Source: Octopus sinensis (taxonomy: Eukaryota). From it: DNA of 64,000 bases. Below the pieces are notes generated by a model. It was not told the DNA's origin and did not search any database. It saw only the letters and a program-made list of their open reading frames with translations. Shown piece after piece: positions 23,998 through 37,895 of this stretch. The stretch spans positions 16,802,001 through 16,866,000 of the forward strand of contig NC_043013.1 in NCBI RefSeq assembly GCF_006345805.1, in the 5' to 3' direction. The position numbers and the translations under genes were made by a program. Each line of letters begins with the position of its first letter. Position 1 is the stretch's first letter.

Positions 23998-25405
23998 TTT
24001 TCCTTGGGTCTTTTATATCCATCCTTATATATAAATATATATGTACAAACATATATATATAGAGAATATCGCAATAATTTCATTTGTAACCATTTTTTCT
24101 TCTCACTCTCTAAATTCCTTCAGTTTTTAATAGTTTATTTTACATTTTAGTTGTTCTTTTTTTTTGGTAGCTTTTTTAAATGCTTTTGTTCTTGCTTTTT
24201 CTTCTTTTTCTTGACACATATTTCATACTTGCTATTTGCTACTCATTTGATACTACAGGCAGCACAATGTTAGTTTGTTTTATTTTCGCTTCTTTTAGCC
24301 TACTTAAGATATTTTGGATGACAGGGAGGTAGTTTAACTCACTGTAGCCACTATCATAGTCTTGTCAAGTCACTTGACACCTTTCACTTGCTACGTCTTC
24401 TGAATATTGGAAGAACATAGAAAAAAAAGACATCCTTTTTTTTTTCCTCTTTTTGATTCCTGATTCCTGTAAATTTACCTTTCCACTGACCCAGTTCTTA
24501 AAATCGAACCACATCAAAATGAAGGCTTAGAGAGAATTAAATAAATGTATTTGTCAGAAAAGTGTCACACACACACATCCAACAACTCAGCATTCAGTGA
24601 CACAACACTACTACAAAACAAAACAATATTGCCTTGATCACATAAAAAGAACTGCATATTTAAAAACAAATTTATCTTAATTCTCTTGAAATGAATGCAT
24701 AAATGGTAGAATATATCAGAAACTAAAACTAATCTAATACTACCATTATACAAATTTACAACTATAGCATACAGTAATAAGATATTTTTACAGCAAAATC
24801 TATGTAAATATTTTATCTAAAAACTTAAATAAAAAAATTGATTAAAAAAATAAAATTTTGTTGTTGTCCTTTTTTTCCTTTTTTCATGTTCATATTTGCA
24901 TTCAAATTTCAAAATTATTTTTGAGCACCACAGCATTATATCATGTTAGCTTTTAAGCATATTAACATTAACATAAATATCTATCCATCTATCTATATCT
25001 TAGATGTACGATTATTTGTAGTTAACATGTTTTAAGTATTTTAACACAAATGAGCTTGTCTATTCATCTTAACATATAATTATTTCTAGTTAACATTATT
25101 TAATTGGTTAACTATTGACTAATAATGGCAGTGCCCCAGCATGGCCACAGCTCATAAGCTGAAACCAGTTCAATTCAATTCAATTGTAAAAGAAGTGAAA
25201 CAAAATAATAATAATAATAATAAAACACACTTTGGAAATATTCAAAACAAAAAAATATATTTATTACAATGACATCGAAGAAAATCAAAAACGTTGCATA
25301 TATTTGCATATAATTATTCCCCTTAATTCATTCTTTAACAGTTAAGAAATTGAAAAAAAATTGAATAAGCAGCAAAAATGTTTTTTTCTTTTCTCTGGAT
25401 TTCTT

Positions 25406-25597
25406 TTACTTAGTTCCATGAACTTTGTAGAGATCTATAATCTCTTGAACGTCATCTTTCGATCCCAAGAAGATAGGAACTCTTTGGTGAAGGCCTGTAG
25501 GAACAACATCAAGAATGGGCATGGTTCCTGTGGTAGCTAAACCACCAGCTTTCTCAATGATAAAAGACATGGGGTTGCATTCATACAATAGTCGGAG
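25406..25597 (-). CDS. FBP1: FBP exon 7 ([19 protein letters not shown]...HGTK*)
   Basis: Within ORF 25406-25642; TTCCAG acceptor; FBPase active-site signature; stop TAA. Confidence 0.96.
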   Translation of the reverse strand, partial: LRLLYECNPMSFIIEKAGGLATTGTMPILDVVPTGLHQRVPIFLGSKDDVQEIIDLYKVHGTK

Positions 25598-26514
25598 CTG
25601 GAACGATAAGAAATAAGCACTTAAAAAACACTTTGATAACAAATGGTCGGTCTAGTATTTCGAGGAGTATATCACTCTTTTGTTATCATATTGTGAAATG
25701 CAGAGTCTTTTATTCGATTAATTTTGAAAAATCTTAAAGAATTTAGTAAAATAACTTCATCATTAACTGTTTTGTTGCCATATTTTTGTTGAAATATGCT
25801 CTTAATGTTTCAATTAATATTGTAAATACTGAAGAATTTAGTAAATTAACAAATAATAAAGGACACTAAAATGGGATTGGGGTACTGTATCTGGGGTACT
25901 CAAACAGAAAGTATCTAAACACGTGTACTGAGATAAGGAGTGCTGAAACAGTTGGGGACTGAAATAGAGAGGGTGGTGATACAAGAGTACCAAACATTAC
26001 CATGAAGTAAATTTAAGAAAAAATATATATTCATTTGTCTATTTTTACATCTGTTTTTCCATACTATCATGGATTAGATGAATACATTACAGAAACATTA
26101 TTTTATAGTTAGATGCCCTACGTGTCATTAACCATTCCATGTCTTTCAAGAGAAAGGCCTCTTATTCTACATGTCTGCGAAGGCTCAAGGTGATGATTTG
26201 TTGACAGGGGAAATGACAACATTGCTTGTAGCTAGGTGTCAAGGAGTTGTTTCTATATATATAAACAATGGGTGGCACGTAAAAAGCACCCACTACACTC
26301 ACGGAGTGGTTGGCGTTAGGAAGGGCATCCAGCTGTAGAAACACTGCCAGATCTGACTGGGCCTGATGAAGCCTTCCGGCTTCACAGACCCCAGTTGAAC
26401 CGTCCAACCCATGCTAGCATGGAAAACGGACGCTAAACGATGATGATGATGATGATACATGCATATATGCATACATGTATACATGCAAACATATATATAT
26501 ATATATATACACTT

Positions 26515-26547
<33 letters not shown>

Positions 26548-28314
26548 CATCATTTAACATATACTTTCTTTTACTAGTTTCAGGGCAATGGTTGTGGCCA
26601 TGCTGGGGCACTGCGAACTGGTGTTACTTCACCTTCATTAATCCTCCTCTAATAGTTGGCATTTAGTGAATGAAGGAGTTTGATGCTGCTGCCCTCATTC
26701 AGCTTTCCACCGAGAAGTTGGCTCATCTGGGGCTCTTGACAGTAAGAGATCCAATTCAGCTTTGAAGAGACATATGTCCACACAATGTTGGTCTCTCTTC
26801 GGGAGGATACTGAAGAGAATCCCAAGCTATTGCAGTATCTGCTAAACGATGATGACGGTGTGTGTGTGTGTGTGTGTTGTGCATGCATACTTAATAAAAA
26901 AATCTTATAACAAACCTTTCCTTTAGGAGTCTGTGATGTAGCAGGGTACATGAAGATCCCTCCATAGCACAAGGTTCGGTGTACATCAGCGACCATGGAA
27001 CCAATGTAGCGGGCACCGTAGGGTTTTCCCTCCTGACATAAACAATTCAATAAAACTTAAATGTAATAGACATCAACAAAAAGCATCCATATTTTTATTT
27101 TAACCCTAGGTCAATTGTCAGTGAACAACAACAGTCCCATGATTAACACTATTCCAGCCATGACTATTCCATTTTCTTTTCTTTTTCTAGCTATAGTGTA
27201 TCCAACACTACCTTTTCAACATACCCCTTCTGCTTTTTAAATAGTATGGTTACGAGAGTAAACTGCTGCTATTTTTAGCAATCCAAGCAACCACATAAAG
27301 GGTCTCTTGTAGGCTTGTTCACAACTGTTGCTGTCATAATTGTTATAGTTGTATTTATCAAGCAGTAATGTCGAATATCAATGTACCAAATGGGTAATGT
27401 GATCAGCCAGTAAGTGGCAGGTACATGGTTCTAGTCCTATCAGTGAGCTTCTGCATCATTTTTAGCCATAAATTGATATTTTTAATATTGGTTTCAAATT
27501 CTGACACAAGTCCAGCAAGCCAGGGTTGTCAATTTATTCAACCCCAGCACTTGAGTGGTATATCATCTTATCTACCCAAAAATAAGATTAACCCTTTTAG
27601 CATCCAGATTATTCTGTTAAATGTAACACATATTTATTCACATTGTTTTGAATTAATCAAGCATTATCTTGTAGCTTCAAGATTTCAATGATATTTATTT
27701 TCAGAATGACATTGTAAAATAAATGTGAGAGGCTGGATCTGGCCGGTTTAAATGAGAAGGGGTTAAAAGTAATGTTAGATTTGAACTCAAAACTTTAAAA
27801 GGATAAAAATAACATACTCTAATTTATAGAACAAATTCTTAAAAGTCCTAACACACTTTAACTCTCTTATTATCATAATTCTGTTGCACTGCACTGCATT
27901 GTTTCACTAAATTTTGAAAATAGAGGAGAATTTAGGAAAATAACTGTCATTATTAAGCTGGTGTTTTGAACATAAATTAACATAAATTGAACATAAATTA
28001 ACTTTTGATGGAGGGTTTTAATTTAGACCACATTAAAAGAGGAAGTTTGCATCACAGAACCAGGAACAGTCTCAGGTGTGTTGGTATCAAAAGAGTTACC
28101 TGTTAATAATTATACTCTATTACTTGTTTCATTCATTTGACTGTAGCCATGCTGGAGCACCGCCTTTAGTCGAGCAAATCGACTCCACAGCTTATTCTTT
28201 GTAAGCCTAGTACTTATTCTATCGGTTCCTTTTGCCAAACCTCTAAATTACGGGGACGTAAGCACACACCAGCATCAGTTGTCAAGCAATGTTGGGGGAA
28301 CAAACACAGATACA

Positions 28315-28377
<63 letters not shown>

Positions 28378-31300
28378 CACACACACACCACACACACACA
28401 CACCACACACACACACATACATACATACATACATACATACATACATACATACATACATACATACATACATACATACATACATACATACATACATACATAC
28501 ATACATACATACATACATACATACATACACGATGGGCTTCTTTCAGTTTCTGTCTACCAAATCCACTCACAAGGCTTTGGTCGGCCCGAGGCTATAATAG
28601 AAGACACTTGCCCAAGGTGTCCCGCAGTTGGACTGAACCCGGAACCATGTGGTTCGTAAGCAAGCTACTTACTACACAGCCACTCTTATGCATTGTGTAA
28701 CAAAACTTCTTTTTTTTTTTGTCTTTGGTCAACAAGTGTTATTTCCTATTTGCTTCTGTCTAGAAGTTAAAGGAAATGACTACTATTCCCTTCAGACTTT
28801 GCTTTTGTGACCTGGATATCAATGTTTTGAAACTGACCTATTTTCCATTACATTTCACACAGATTCAGTGCTGAGATGCTGAAATAGAAATACCGTTATA
28901 GCAAATATTCTGCTCAGTACCACAGATTTGCTTGTCAGTTGCTTGACCTTAACCACTAGAGCATGTCCCTTAGTGGCCGACAATATGTGCATCTCTGATC
29001 ATGAGCAGGATTAATGTTAGAGCATCATAGCCATGTGCTGAGAAGGATTCTTTTTCATTTAAATAATAAAAGCAAAGTCTGAAGGAAATATTAGCCATTT
29101 TTCTTATTTTCTCGGGGTAAGCAAACAGTTGCAACCCAAGGACAAATATCGTGTTACACCTTGTAATGGTTCATGCTTTGAAGAGTAGCAAAATGGCAAA
29201 AGCCTTACCTTAGGATGCTTCTTGTTCTTTATATACTCTGTGGTAGCCTTGTCCCAATACTGAGCATAGCCTTCATTGAGGGAATAGATTTTTCCTCGTG
29301 GCTTAATTTTCATATTCTTTTCAGTTAGGAGAAATTCTCCAATTGACTGCCAAAACATGAAACAAAGTTAATTCACAGGAAACTGAAACATCAAAAGGTT
29401 AGCTTTGTTTGCTTGTTTTTGTTTTTTTTGTTTTGTTTTGTTATTTTTTTTGTTTTAGTTTGGAAGAAGAGGTTCTGGAAGAAGAGGTTCTGGAAGAAGA
29501 GGTTCTGGGAGTAGAGGCTCTGGGAGAAGAGGCTCTGGAAGAAGAGGCTCTGGAAGAAGAGGCTCTGGGAGAAGAGGCTCTGGGAGAAGAGGCTCTGGGA
29601 GAAGAGGCCCTGGGAGAAGGAGCTCTGGGAGAAGAGGCTCTGAGAGAAGAGGCTGCGGGAGAAGGGGCTCTGGAAGAAGTGGCTCTGGAAGGAGAGGCTC
29701 TGGAAGGAGAGGCTCTGGAAGAAGAGGCTCTGGGAGAAGAGGCTCTGGGAGAAGAGGCTCTGGGAGAAAAGGCTCTGGGAGAAGAGGATCTGGTAGAAGA
29801 GGCTCTGGGAGAAGAGGCTCTGGGAGAAGAGGCTCTGGGAGAAGAGGCTCTGGGAGAAGAGGCTCTGGAAGAAGAGGATCTAGGAGAAGAGGCTCTGGAA
29901 GAAGAGGCTCTGGGAGAAGAGGCTCTGGAAGAAGAGGCTCTGGGAGAAGAGGCTCTGGAAGGAGAGGCTCTGGGAGAAGAGGCTCTGGAAGAAGAGGCTC
30001 TGGGAGAAGAGGCTCTGGAAGAAGAGGCTCTGGGAGAAGAGGCTCTGGAAGAAGAGGCTCTGGGAGAAGAGGCTCTGGAAGAAGAGGCTCTGGGAGAAGA
30101 GGCTCTGGGAGAAGAGGCTCTGGAAGGAGAGGCTCTGGGAGAAGAGGCTCTGGGAGAAGAGGATAAGCTCATCAAAGAAAGTACAGTGCCCATGATGTTT
30201 GAAGAATCTCAAAGGGAATAAAATACAAAACAAAAAAATAAAACTTACAGGGTCCAGCATGAATCCATTCACCTCTTGACCAGTGGATAGCACAACCATA
30301 GTAGCACTGCCATAAAGGGCATATCCAGCGGCAACCAAGTCTCGGCCAGGTTGCAGGGCATCGTTCTCAGTAGCAGGGCCTGAAGACAACTGGATGAAAA
30401 AGACAATTAAGGGAATTAATTAACTAATTAGATTCATTATTTATTATTTATTTAATCATCCATTCATAAAATAGTTCCTAATCTTGGCACAAGGCCAGCC
30501 ATTTTCAGAAGAGGGGTTAATCAATACCATTGATCCAGTACTTGCCTGGTGCTTTATTTGATGAAAAGCAAATGACCTTGGCAGAATTTGAACTCAGAAT
30601 ATAAAGAGCTGGAATAAATACCACAAGGTATTTTTTTCCAATTCTCTAACAATTCTGCCAGCTCACCACCATGGTCTCTAACAGTGGCACAAGTCCTCAA
30701 ATTTAAGTTGCTAAGTGTACAGTGATCTAAATTGACACCTAGCACCTGAATGGTATTTATTTCACTGACCCAAGGTCTACCCTTCCACATGTTCTCTCTT
30801 CAATTAGAAATCAGCACTTCTTGATGCAGCTCTCCTTATCCATACGCAAGTTCTCTTCATCCATATAACTGTTATGTATAACATATACATTAGACTGCAA
30901 CCATGCAGGGGCACTGCCTTGAAGAATTTTAGTTGAATCAACCCCAGTAATTATTTTTTTTCTAAGTCAGGTACTTATTCCATTGGTTATATTAGTCAAA
31001 CTGCTAAGTTAGAGGGATGTAAACACACCATCACCAGTTATAATGGTGACCTTTTTTGGTGGGGGGCAAATTTATCGAAATAAATGACACTGCTACTATC
31101 CCACATGTCAATCATCACCATCATCATCATCATCCTCGTTTAGCGTCCGCTTTCCATGCTGGCATGGGTTGGACGGTGCAACTGGGGTCTGGGAAGCCAG
31201 AAGGCTGCACCAGGTCCAGTCTGATCTGGCAATGTTTTTACGGCTGGATGCCCTTCCTAACGCCAACCACTCCATGAGTGTAGTGGGTGCTTTTTACGTG

Positions 31301-34300
31301 CCACTAGCACAGGTGCCAGATGAGGCTGGCAAACGGCCACGATCGGATGGTGCTTTTTACGTGCCACCGGCACGGAAGCCAGTCAGGGCAGCGCTAGCAA
31401 CGGCCACATTTGGATGGTTCTCTTATGTGCCACCGGCACTGGTATCATAGCTACAATTTCCATTCATGCTGATCGATTTTGATTTTTGATTCTTTGATTT
31501 TCACTTGCCTTAACAGGTCTTCACAAGTAGAGTTTTGTGTCCCAAGAAGGAAAGGTATGCATAAGTGGACTGAGGCCATGGGTTATGGTCTCACTTGTCC
31601 TGCCGGGTCTTCTCACGCACAGCATACTTCCAAAGGGCTCGGTTTCTAGTCATTTCCTCGGTGAGACCTAAAGTTCGAAGGTCGTGCTTCACCACCTCAT
31701 TCCAGGTTTTCCTGGGTCTGCCTCTTCCACAGGTTCCCTCAACAGCTAGGGTGTGCCACTTTTTCACACAACTATCTTCATCCATTCTCGCCACATGGCC
31801 ATACCAGCGCAAACGTCTCTCTTGCACACCGCAACTGATGCTTCTTAGGTCCAACTTCTCTCTCAAGGAACTTACACTCTGTCGAGTATGAACACTGACA
31901 TTACACATCCATCAGAGCATACTGGCTTCATTTCTTGCGAGCTTACGCATATCCTCAGCAGTCACAGCCCATGTTTCACTGCCATGTAGCATGTTCATAC
32001 ACATGCATCATACAGTCTGCTTTTTACTCTGATCGAGAGGCCTTTTGTCCCTAGCAGAGGTAAGAGCTCTCTGAACTTTTCCCAAGCTATTCTTACTCTA
32101 GCAGTTACACTTTCAACACACCCGCCCCCGCTACTGACTTGGTCACCTAGGTAACGGAAGCTATCAACTATTTCTAGTTTTTCTCCCTGGAATGTGGCGG
32201 AAGTTGGTCTCGGCGCATTTTCAGTGTTTATTGCTCCTGAGCATCTGCCACATACAAAAACTATCTTCCTAGTTAGCCTTCCCTTGACGTTGCTGCACCT
32301 CTTGTGTGTCCATAGCTTACACTTGGTGCATCTTATAGAGTTTCTACCTACGCCTTTCCTACAGATCGAGCAAGGCCCTCTACCTGAAGGCGTTTGAATT
32401 GTCTACCTTCCTACTTATTAGGACTTTGGTTTTAGCTAGGTTGACACTAAGGCCCTTCGATTCTAATCCTTGCTTCCACACCTGAAACTTCTCCTCCAGT
32501 TCTGATAGTGACTCAGCAATTAGAGCAAGGTCATCAGCATAGAGAAGCTCCCAGGGGCATCCTGTCTTGAATTCCTCTGTTATTGCCTGGAGGACTACGA
32601 TAAATAGGAGGGGGCTGAGGGCTGAACCTTGGTGGACCCCTACCTCTACCCAGAATTCTTCACTGTACTCATTGCCAACCCTCACCTTACTAGCAGCGTC
32701 CCTGTACAGGGCTTGCACAGCTCTCACTAACCATTCATCTATTCCTAGTTTCCTCATTGACACCAGATAAGGGATCGGGGGACCCTGTCGAAGGCTTTCT
32801 CTATGTCAACGAAAGCCAGGTACAGGGGCTTATCTTTGGCTAGATATTTCTCCTGTAGCTGTCTTACCAGGAATATGGCATCAGTGGTGCTTTTCCCTGG
32901 CACGAATCCAAACTGCATCTCATTTAAACTAACTCTCTCTCTAATTAGTTGGGCTATGACCCTCTCTGTAACCTTCATTACCTGACCCAACAGCTTGATA
33001 CCTCTGTAATTATTTGTATCTAGGGCGTCACCTTTACCTTTGTAGCAGTTGACTATTATGGTGCTACACAAGTCGTTGGGTATGACTCCTTCGTGTATCA
33101 CCTGGTTAACTATACGGGTGACTAGGCTATAGCCGACACTACCAGATATTTTGAGCATCTCTGCAGTAATTCCTGATGGGCCTGGGGCTTTCCCTGTCTT
33201 CATGCTTCTAATTGCCTTAATTACCAAGGAACTGTCAACTCGGATAGCTGGTCCCTCTGTTGGGTCGACATTCGGCAGACTCTCTTTATCCCATTCATTT
33301 TCTTTATTCAGCAACCTTTCATAGTGGCATCTCCAAACCTCTCTCTTTGCATCCTCATTTAGCGCAAGTGAACCATCATCCATGCGAACACATTTCTCTC
33401 CTACCACATCACGATTCTCTCTCACACACTGTCTTGCAACGCGGAATACCTCAAGTCTTTGGTCCTCACGGCGCAGAACATTGGCAAATTTTTATCTTAT
33501 CTGCTTCCCCTCTGGCTAAATAAACCTGTCTCCTAGCTTCTCTTTTGGCAGTCTGATACAATTCCCTGCTACCCCCATTTTTCCAGTCCTTCCAAGCCTG
33601 TCTCTTTTCTCTAATAGCCCTGTCTACAACATTGTTCCACCACCACATTATTTTAGGTTGAGAGGGGACTTTGCACCAGCCACAGATCTGGTCAGTGGCT
33701 CTCAGCAGGTTGTCCCTTAGAATCCTCCAGTTGTCTTCTACACCATGTGAAGCTATATCCCCTTCTACTTCGTCAAATGCTTCAAGTAATATGTCCCTAA
33801 ATCTGTCCATTTGCAGGATCTTTAAGCTTCCAGATCCTTCTTCTCCATGTTGGTCGTCTTCTGGTCGTCCTCTTAGTCCTGATCCTAAAGTCACTAACTA
33901 CCAGTCTATGTTGTGGGGTACATTCTTCACCTGGGAAGGTTTTGGCATTTATAATCAGCCATCTCTCCCTTTTCCTGGCAAGGATGTAGTCAATTTGGCT
34001 GGTATGTCGACCCGATCGGTAGGTGACTAGGTGGCTGGTAGGTCAATATAAGGAGATATACACACATGCACATATATATACAGACAGATAAAGATATGCA
34101 GTATATGTTTGAGGATAACTGTAGAAGTAACTCACCTTTCGATAAATTCCAAAAATGGATCCTATAGAAACCAGACAGTCAATATTTGAAGAACCATCCA
34201 AAGGATCAAAGCAGACGATATATTTCCCCTAGAAAATATCAGAAACAAACAAAACATCATTAACTACAATTTTGTTTCAGCTTATTTTGTATCAACTAAC

Positions 34301-37300
34301 TCACTATTTTAGGGAAAGTTAAGCAGGAAGTGATGGCAGTTAAGCCTTTCCCAGAGCAGTATCTTATTTTATATCACATTTTAATGAACATGCCATTGGT
34401 TAAGCAATGTTGTTTAGTGTAATGTGGTACAAATTCAGCAAATTTACTGTTTCCTCATCAAAATTTATGGCAAATATCAAGTCCAGTTTCACTTTTAACT
34501 TCCTGTACAACCACTGTACATCAGTCAACCAGTTCCAAAACATGACATAACAAGAATTGTGCTAACTTTATTGACATTCATTTCGAAATATGTAAAGGAA
34601 AAAATTCTATTTTCCTCTCCTTTCAATCATTTCCATTCTGTAACATTTTCCTTTCAGTATTAGGTTCAACCTCTACAGGATTTGAACTTAGAACTAGGAA
34701 CTAAACAACACAAGGTATTTTCTTTGCAACTCTGATTCTACCAATTACCACAAGCCAACAAGTATGTATCTATATGGTGATATGAACTAAAAGGAATAGC
34801 AGCCAAGTGCCTTCAAATTACATCCTACTTACTTAAATGGACATGTTGGAGAAAGTGACCCTTGATTCTTACTACATAAGGAAAAGATGAGATTGGTCAT
34901 GGCTGGAATGTCTGCTTGCTCAATTTAGGGCTGACCTGGGGTTAAACATCATCATCACAACCACCATAGCTGTAATAATTTTTAACATAGTAGAAGGGCA
35001 GAAAACTGCAGGAAAGGAGACAACTGATTAAATCAATCTTACTACTAAAGGCACAAGACCTGAAATTTTGGGAGAGGGGACTAGTTGATTACATTGACCC
35101 CAGTGTTTCACTGGTGCATAATTGTCAACCCCAAAAGGATGAAAGGCAAAGTCAACCTCAGCAGAATTTGAACTCAGAACGTAAGGATAGATAAAATGCT
35201 GCTAAGCATTTCCCCCAGCATGCTCATGATTCTGCCAGCTTGCTGCCTTAATAATAATAATAATAATAATAATACACTATAAGTCATGACAACAGGATGA
35301 GGTAGCAAAAGTGCTACATTGAAAATTACGTGAAAAGTGAGACCTAAAGAGAGGCAAGATGTGGTATGAGCACAGGCTGATGAAATGTCGCTAAGCATTT
35401 TACCAATCATGCTAACGATTCTACCAGCCCACCACTTTCTTCCTACTACAGACACAAGGCCTGAAATTTTGTGTGAGGGGACTAGTTAATTACATCAACT
35501 CCCGTAATTAATTGGTGCTTATTTTATTGACCCCAAAAGGATGAAAGGCAAAGCTGACCTTGGCAGAATTTGAAACCAGACTGTAAAGACAAATGAAATG
35601 CAAACTAACGCTTCTGCAAGCTTGCTGTCTTAATGGTAATAATAAAGATCACCAGGATGTGGCAGCTGCAAGTGTCAAACAAAGAAAGTATTCCTATTCT
35701 CATCAGAGCATTGAGTTCAATACTACCCAACCTGAAGAAGAGTCTGGACACTTTAGAAATATCCTGCAATCTTGGTGTGTTGCAAAAATCAGTTTTATTT
35801 GGAACTGCACACATCTCTCTATATATAAACGGAAAAATGTCTGTCTGTGTGTGTGTCCTTTATACAAATCCACAATTTTTCAGTTAGAGGGCTTGCACTT
35901 TCTATGGTCATTCAAAACCGTCCAAGGGTGGTCGTGCACATCTTTATATTTTCCCAGTCACCATGCAAAGCCATTAAAAAATCAATAGAAGTGACTTTTT
36001 TGTGAATTTTCTATCCAAAACCCAATCAAAATGCCTGAAACTTGATATGCCAATTGAATGCCAGCTAGCTGTATGTGATTGGTTGGAGATTTGGACAGTA
36101 CTCGTGTGTATGTGCGCACGCACACAGCTGTATATGCATGCACTAGCACTATGACCAGGTGTTGCCGGGTCATAGTGCTAGTACTACATAAAATGTTGTC
36201 TGTCTGAGAGCCTTGTCATGACTTGACAGACAGCACAAATCCCTGCTACACCCTATATTCTCAATCTACAACATCACAGTATTGAATACTGTGTGATGTC
36301 TTCAATAATAATAACACCAAACTAAATCCTCACTTGGTTTTCGACTTCAACCAGAACAGCATTCTCATTCTCTTCAGTAACCATCAGGGCGGTCGTGAAC
36401 GAAGATTTGAGCATGTTGATGAAAAGGTCATTGGACAGAATGTCCAGCTTCTTGACCTCATCTCCTGACACATTGGAACCACCAGCAACACCAAATCTGA
36501 AAGGAGACAAAGCAACAGAGATAAAAACAACAAACAATACACTTCTGATAAACTTTTTCTAAATTCCTGATACTCTATGAGTAGCAGTTCAGCCCATTCA
36601 AAGAAACGTTATTATTGAAGATATGACAAAGCAGCAGTTAAAGTGGCAAAAAGGTGGAAGAAATGGTTAGTGGATTGTGTATTGAAGTACAAACACAAAG
36701 TCCCAGATTCAAAATCAGCTTCATTTACAGCCTAACCTCAACATGTCAGAAACGGGTACCAACTAGATCACCTGAAAATGTTACATAAGATACAATCAGC
36801 TAAAGAGGGAGCCTTTACGAGGTCCGTTAGGCACGCTAGAAATAACAGCTAAACCCACATTAACATTCATCTTCAAAAGAAAAATAATAAAGAGCAGTTG
36901 AACAATGTAGTCCTAGATAACAAATGACAGAATGATCATAGCTGGAGAATCTCTGATCATGTCTTCTCAATTAATGCTGACCAGGGGCTAAACAACAAGA
37001 ACCCAAGTTAAACCAAATCAATGATGGAACCTGTACATAGTTGTTAGGTCAACCAGAAATAGCGCCCAAATATCCCTCAAATCATACCACATTTTACCAA
37101 CATTAGTAAGGCTGTTTCACTGAGGAGTTCTAATAATACATGTCCAGAACTGTCTTTTATAACTTGCCAAAGATCAAATTTCTTCCATACACTTAATTGC
37201 TACCGTTCTATTTCTAATTACTTTTATTACCCACTTCTTGGCTTGAAATTATTTAGAACAAGAGAAGAAGTTAATTTTTTAAATTTCTTTTTTATTGCAG

Positions 37301-37327
37301 CAGAAAGTCGAAATACCAGCAGATGGA

Positions 37328-37392
<65 letters not shown>

Positions 37393-37855
37393 GGAAAGAA
37401 TAGGTAAAGAAAAAGTAGAAGGTAGGAATATATAGAGAACGTGGAGAGACATAGAGAAAATGAAGCATGCAGTGAAAGAGAGATGAAAGGAGGAACAGAG
37501 AAAGAAAATGAAGCGTACATAGAGAAAGAGAGAGAGAGAGGGGGGTGTTAGCGAGACATATGTACGTACACGTAGGCGCGCGTACTGAGTGTGATGGAGA
37601 GGAGATGGTACCATAAACAATAAAAGCGATGAGGGTATAAAATTTCATGCTGATGAGTCAGTGAAGAGACAGAACAAGAAAAGTGTGTGTGTGTGTGTGT
37701 GTTGTAATTCAACAGCAAGAATATGGAGTGTTTTGGAGAAATGGCTGATAATTCCATTATAATAAGGGCAATCTTTCGTCTCTAGTAGACCTTTCCGTCG
37801 ATTTCCGTAAAAAAACATTTTTTTTTTAAATATGGGCTTGCGGGAACTTTTGAAG

Positions 37856-37895
<40 letters not shown>

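Noticed and set aside
29463-30164. CRISPR-like array
   Set aside because: No unique spacers, the units are directly adjacent, and the context is a eukaryotic intron.
29441-30193. RASSP/RS-like 250-aa ORF on the - strand
   Set aside because: A third frame of the same 15-bp minisatellite, with no independent splice or homology support.
29880-30248. Read-through extension of FBP exon 4 into QSLFS repeats as a real isoform C-terminus
   Set aside because: A canonical GTAAGT donor and the conserved 141-bp exon size explain the ORF; retention would truncate the enzyme before its active site.
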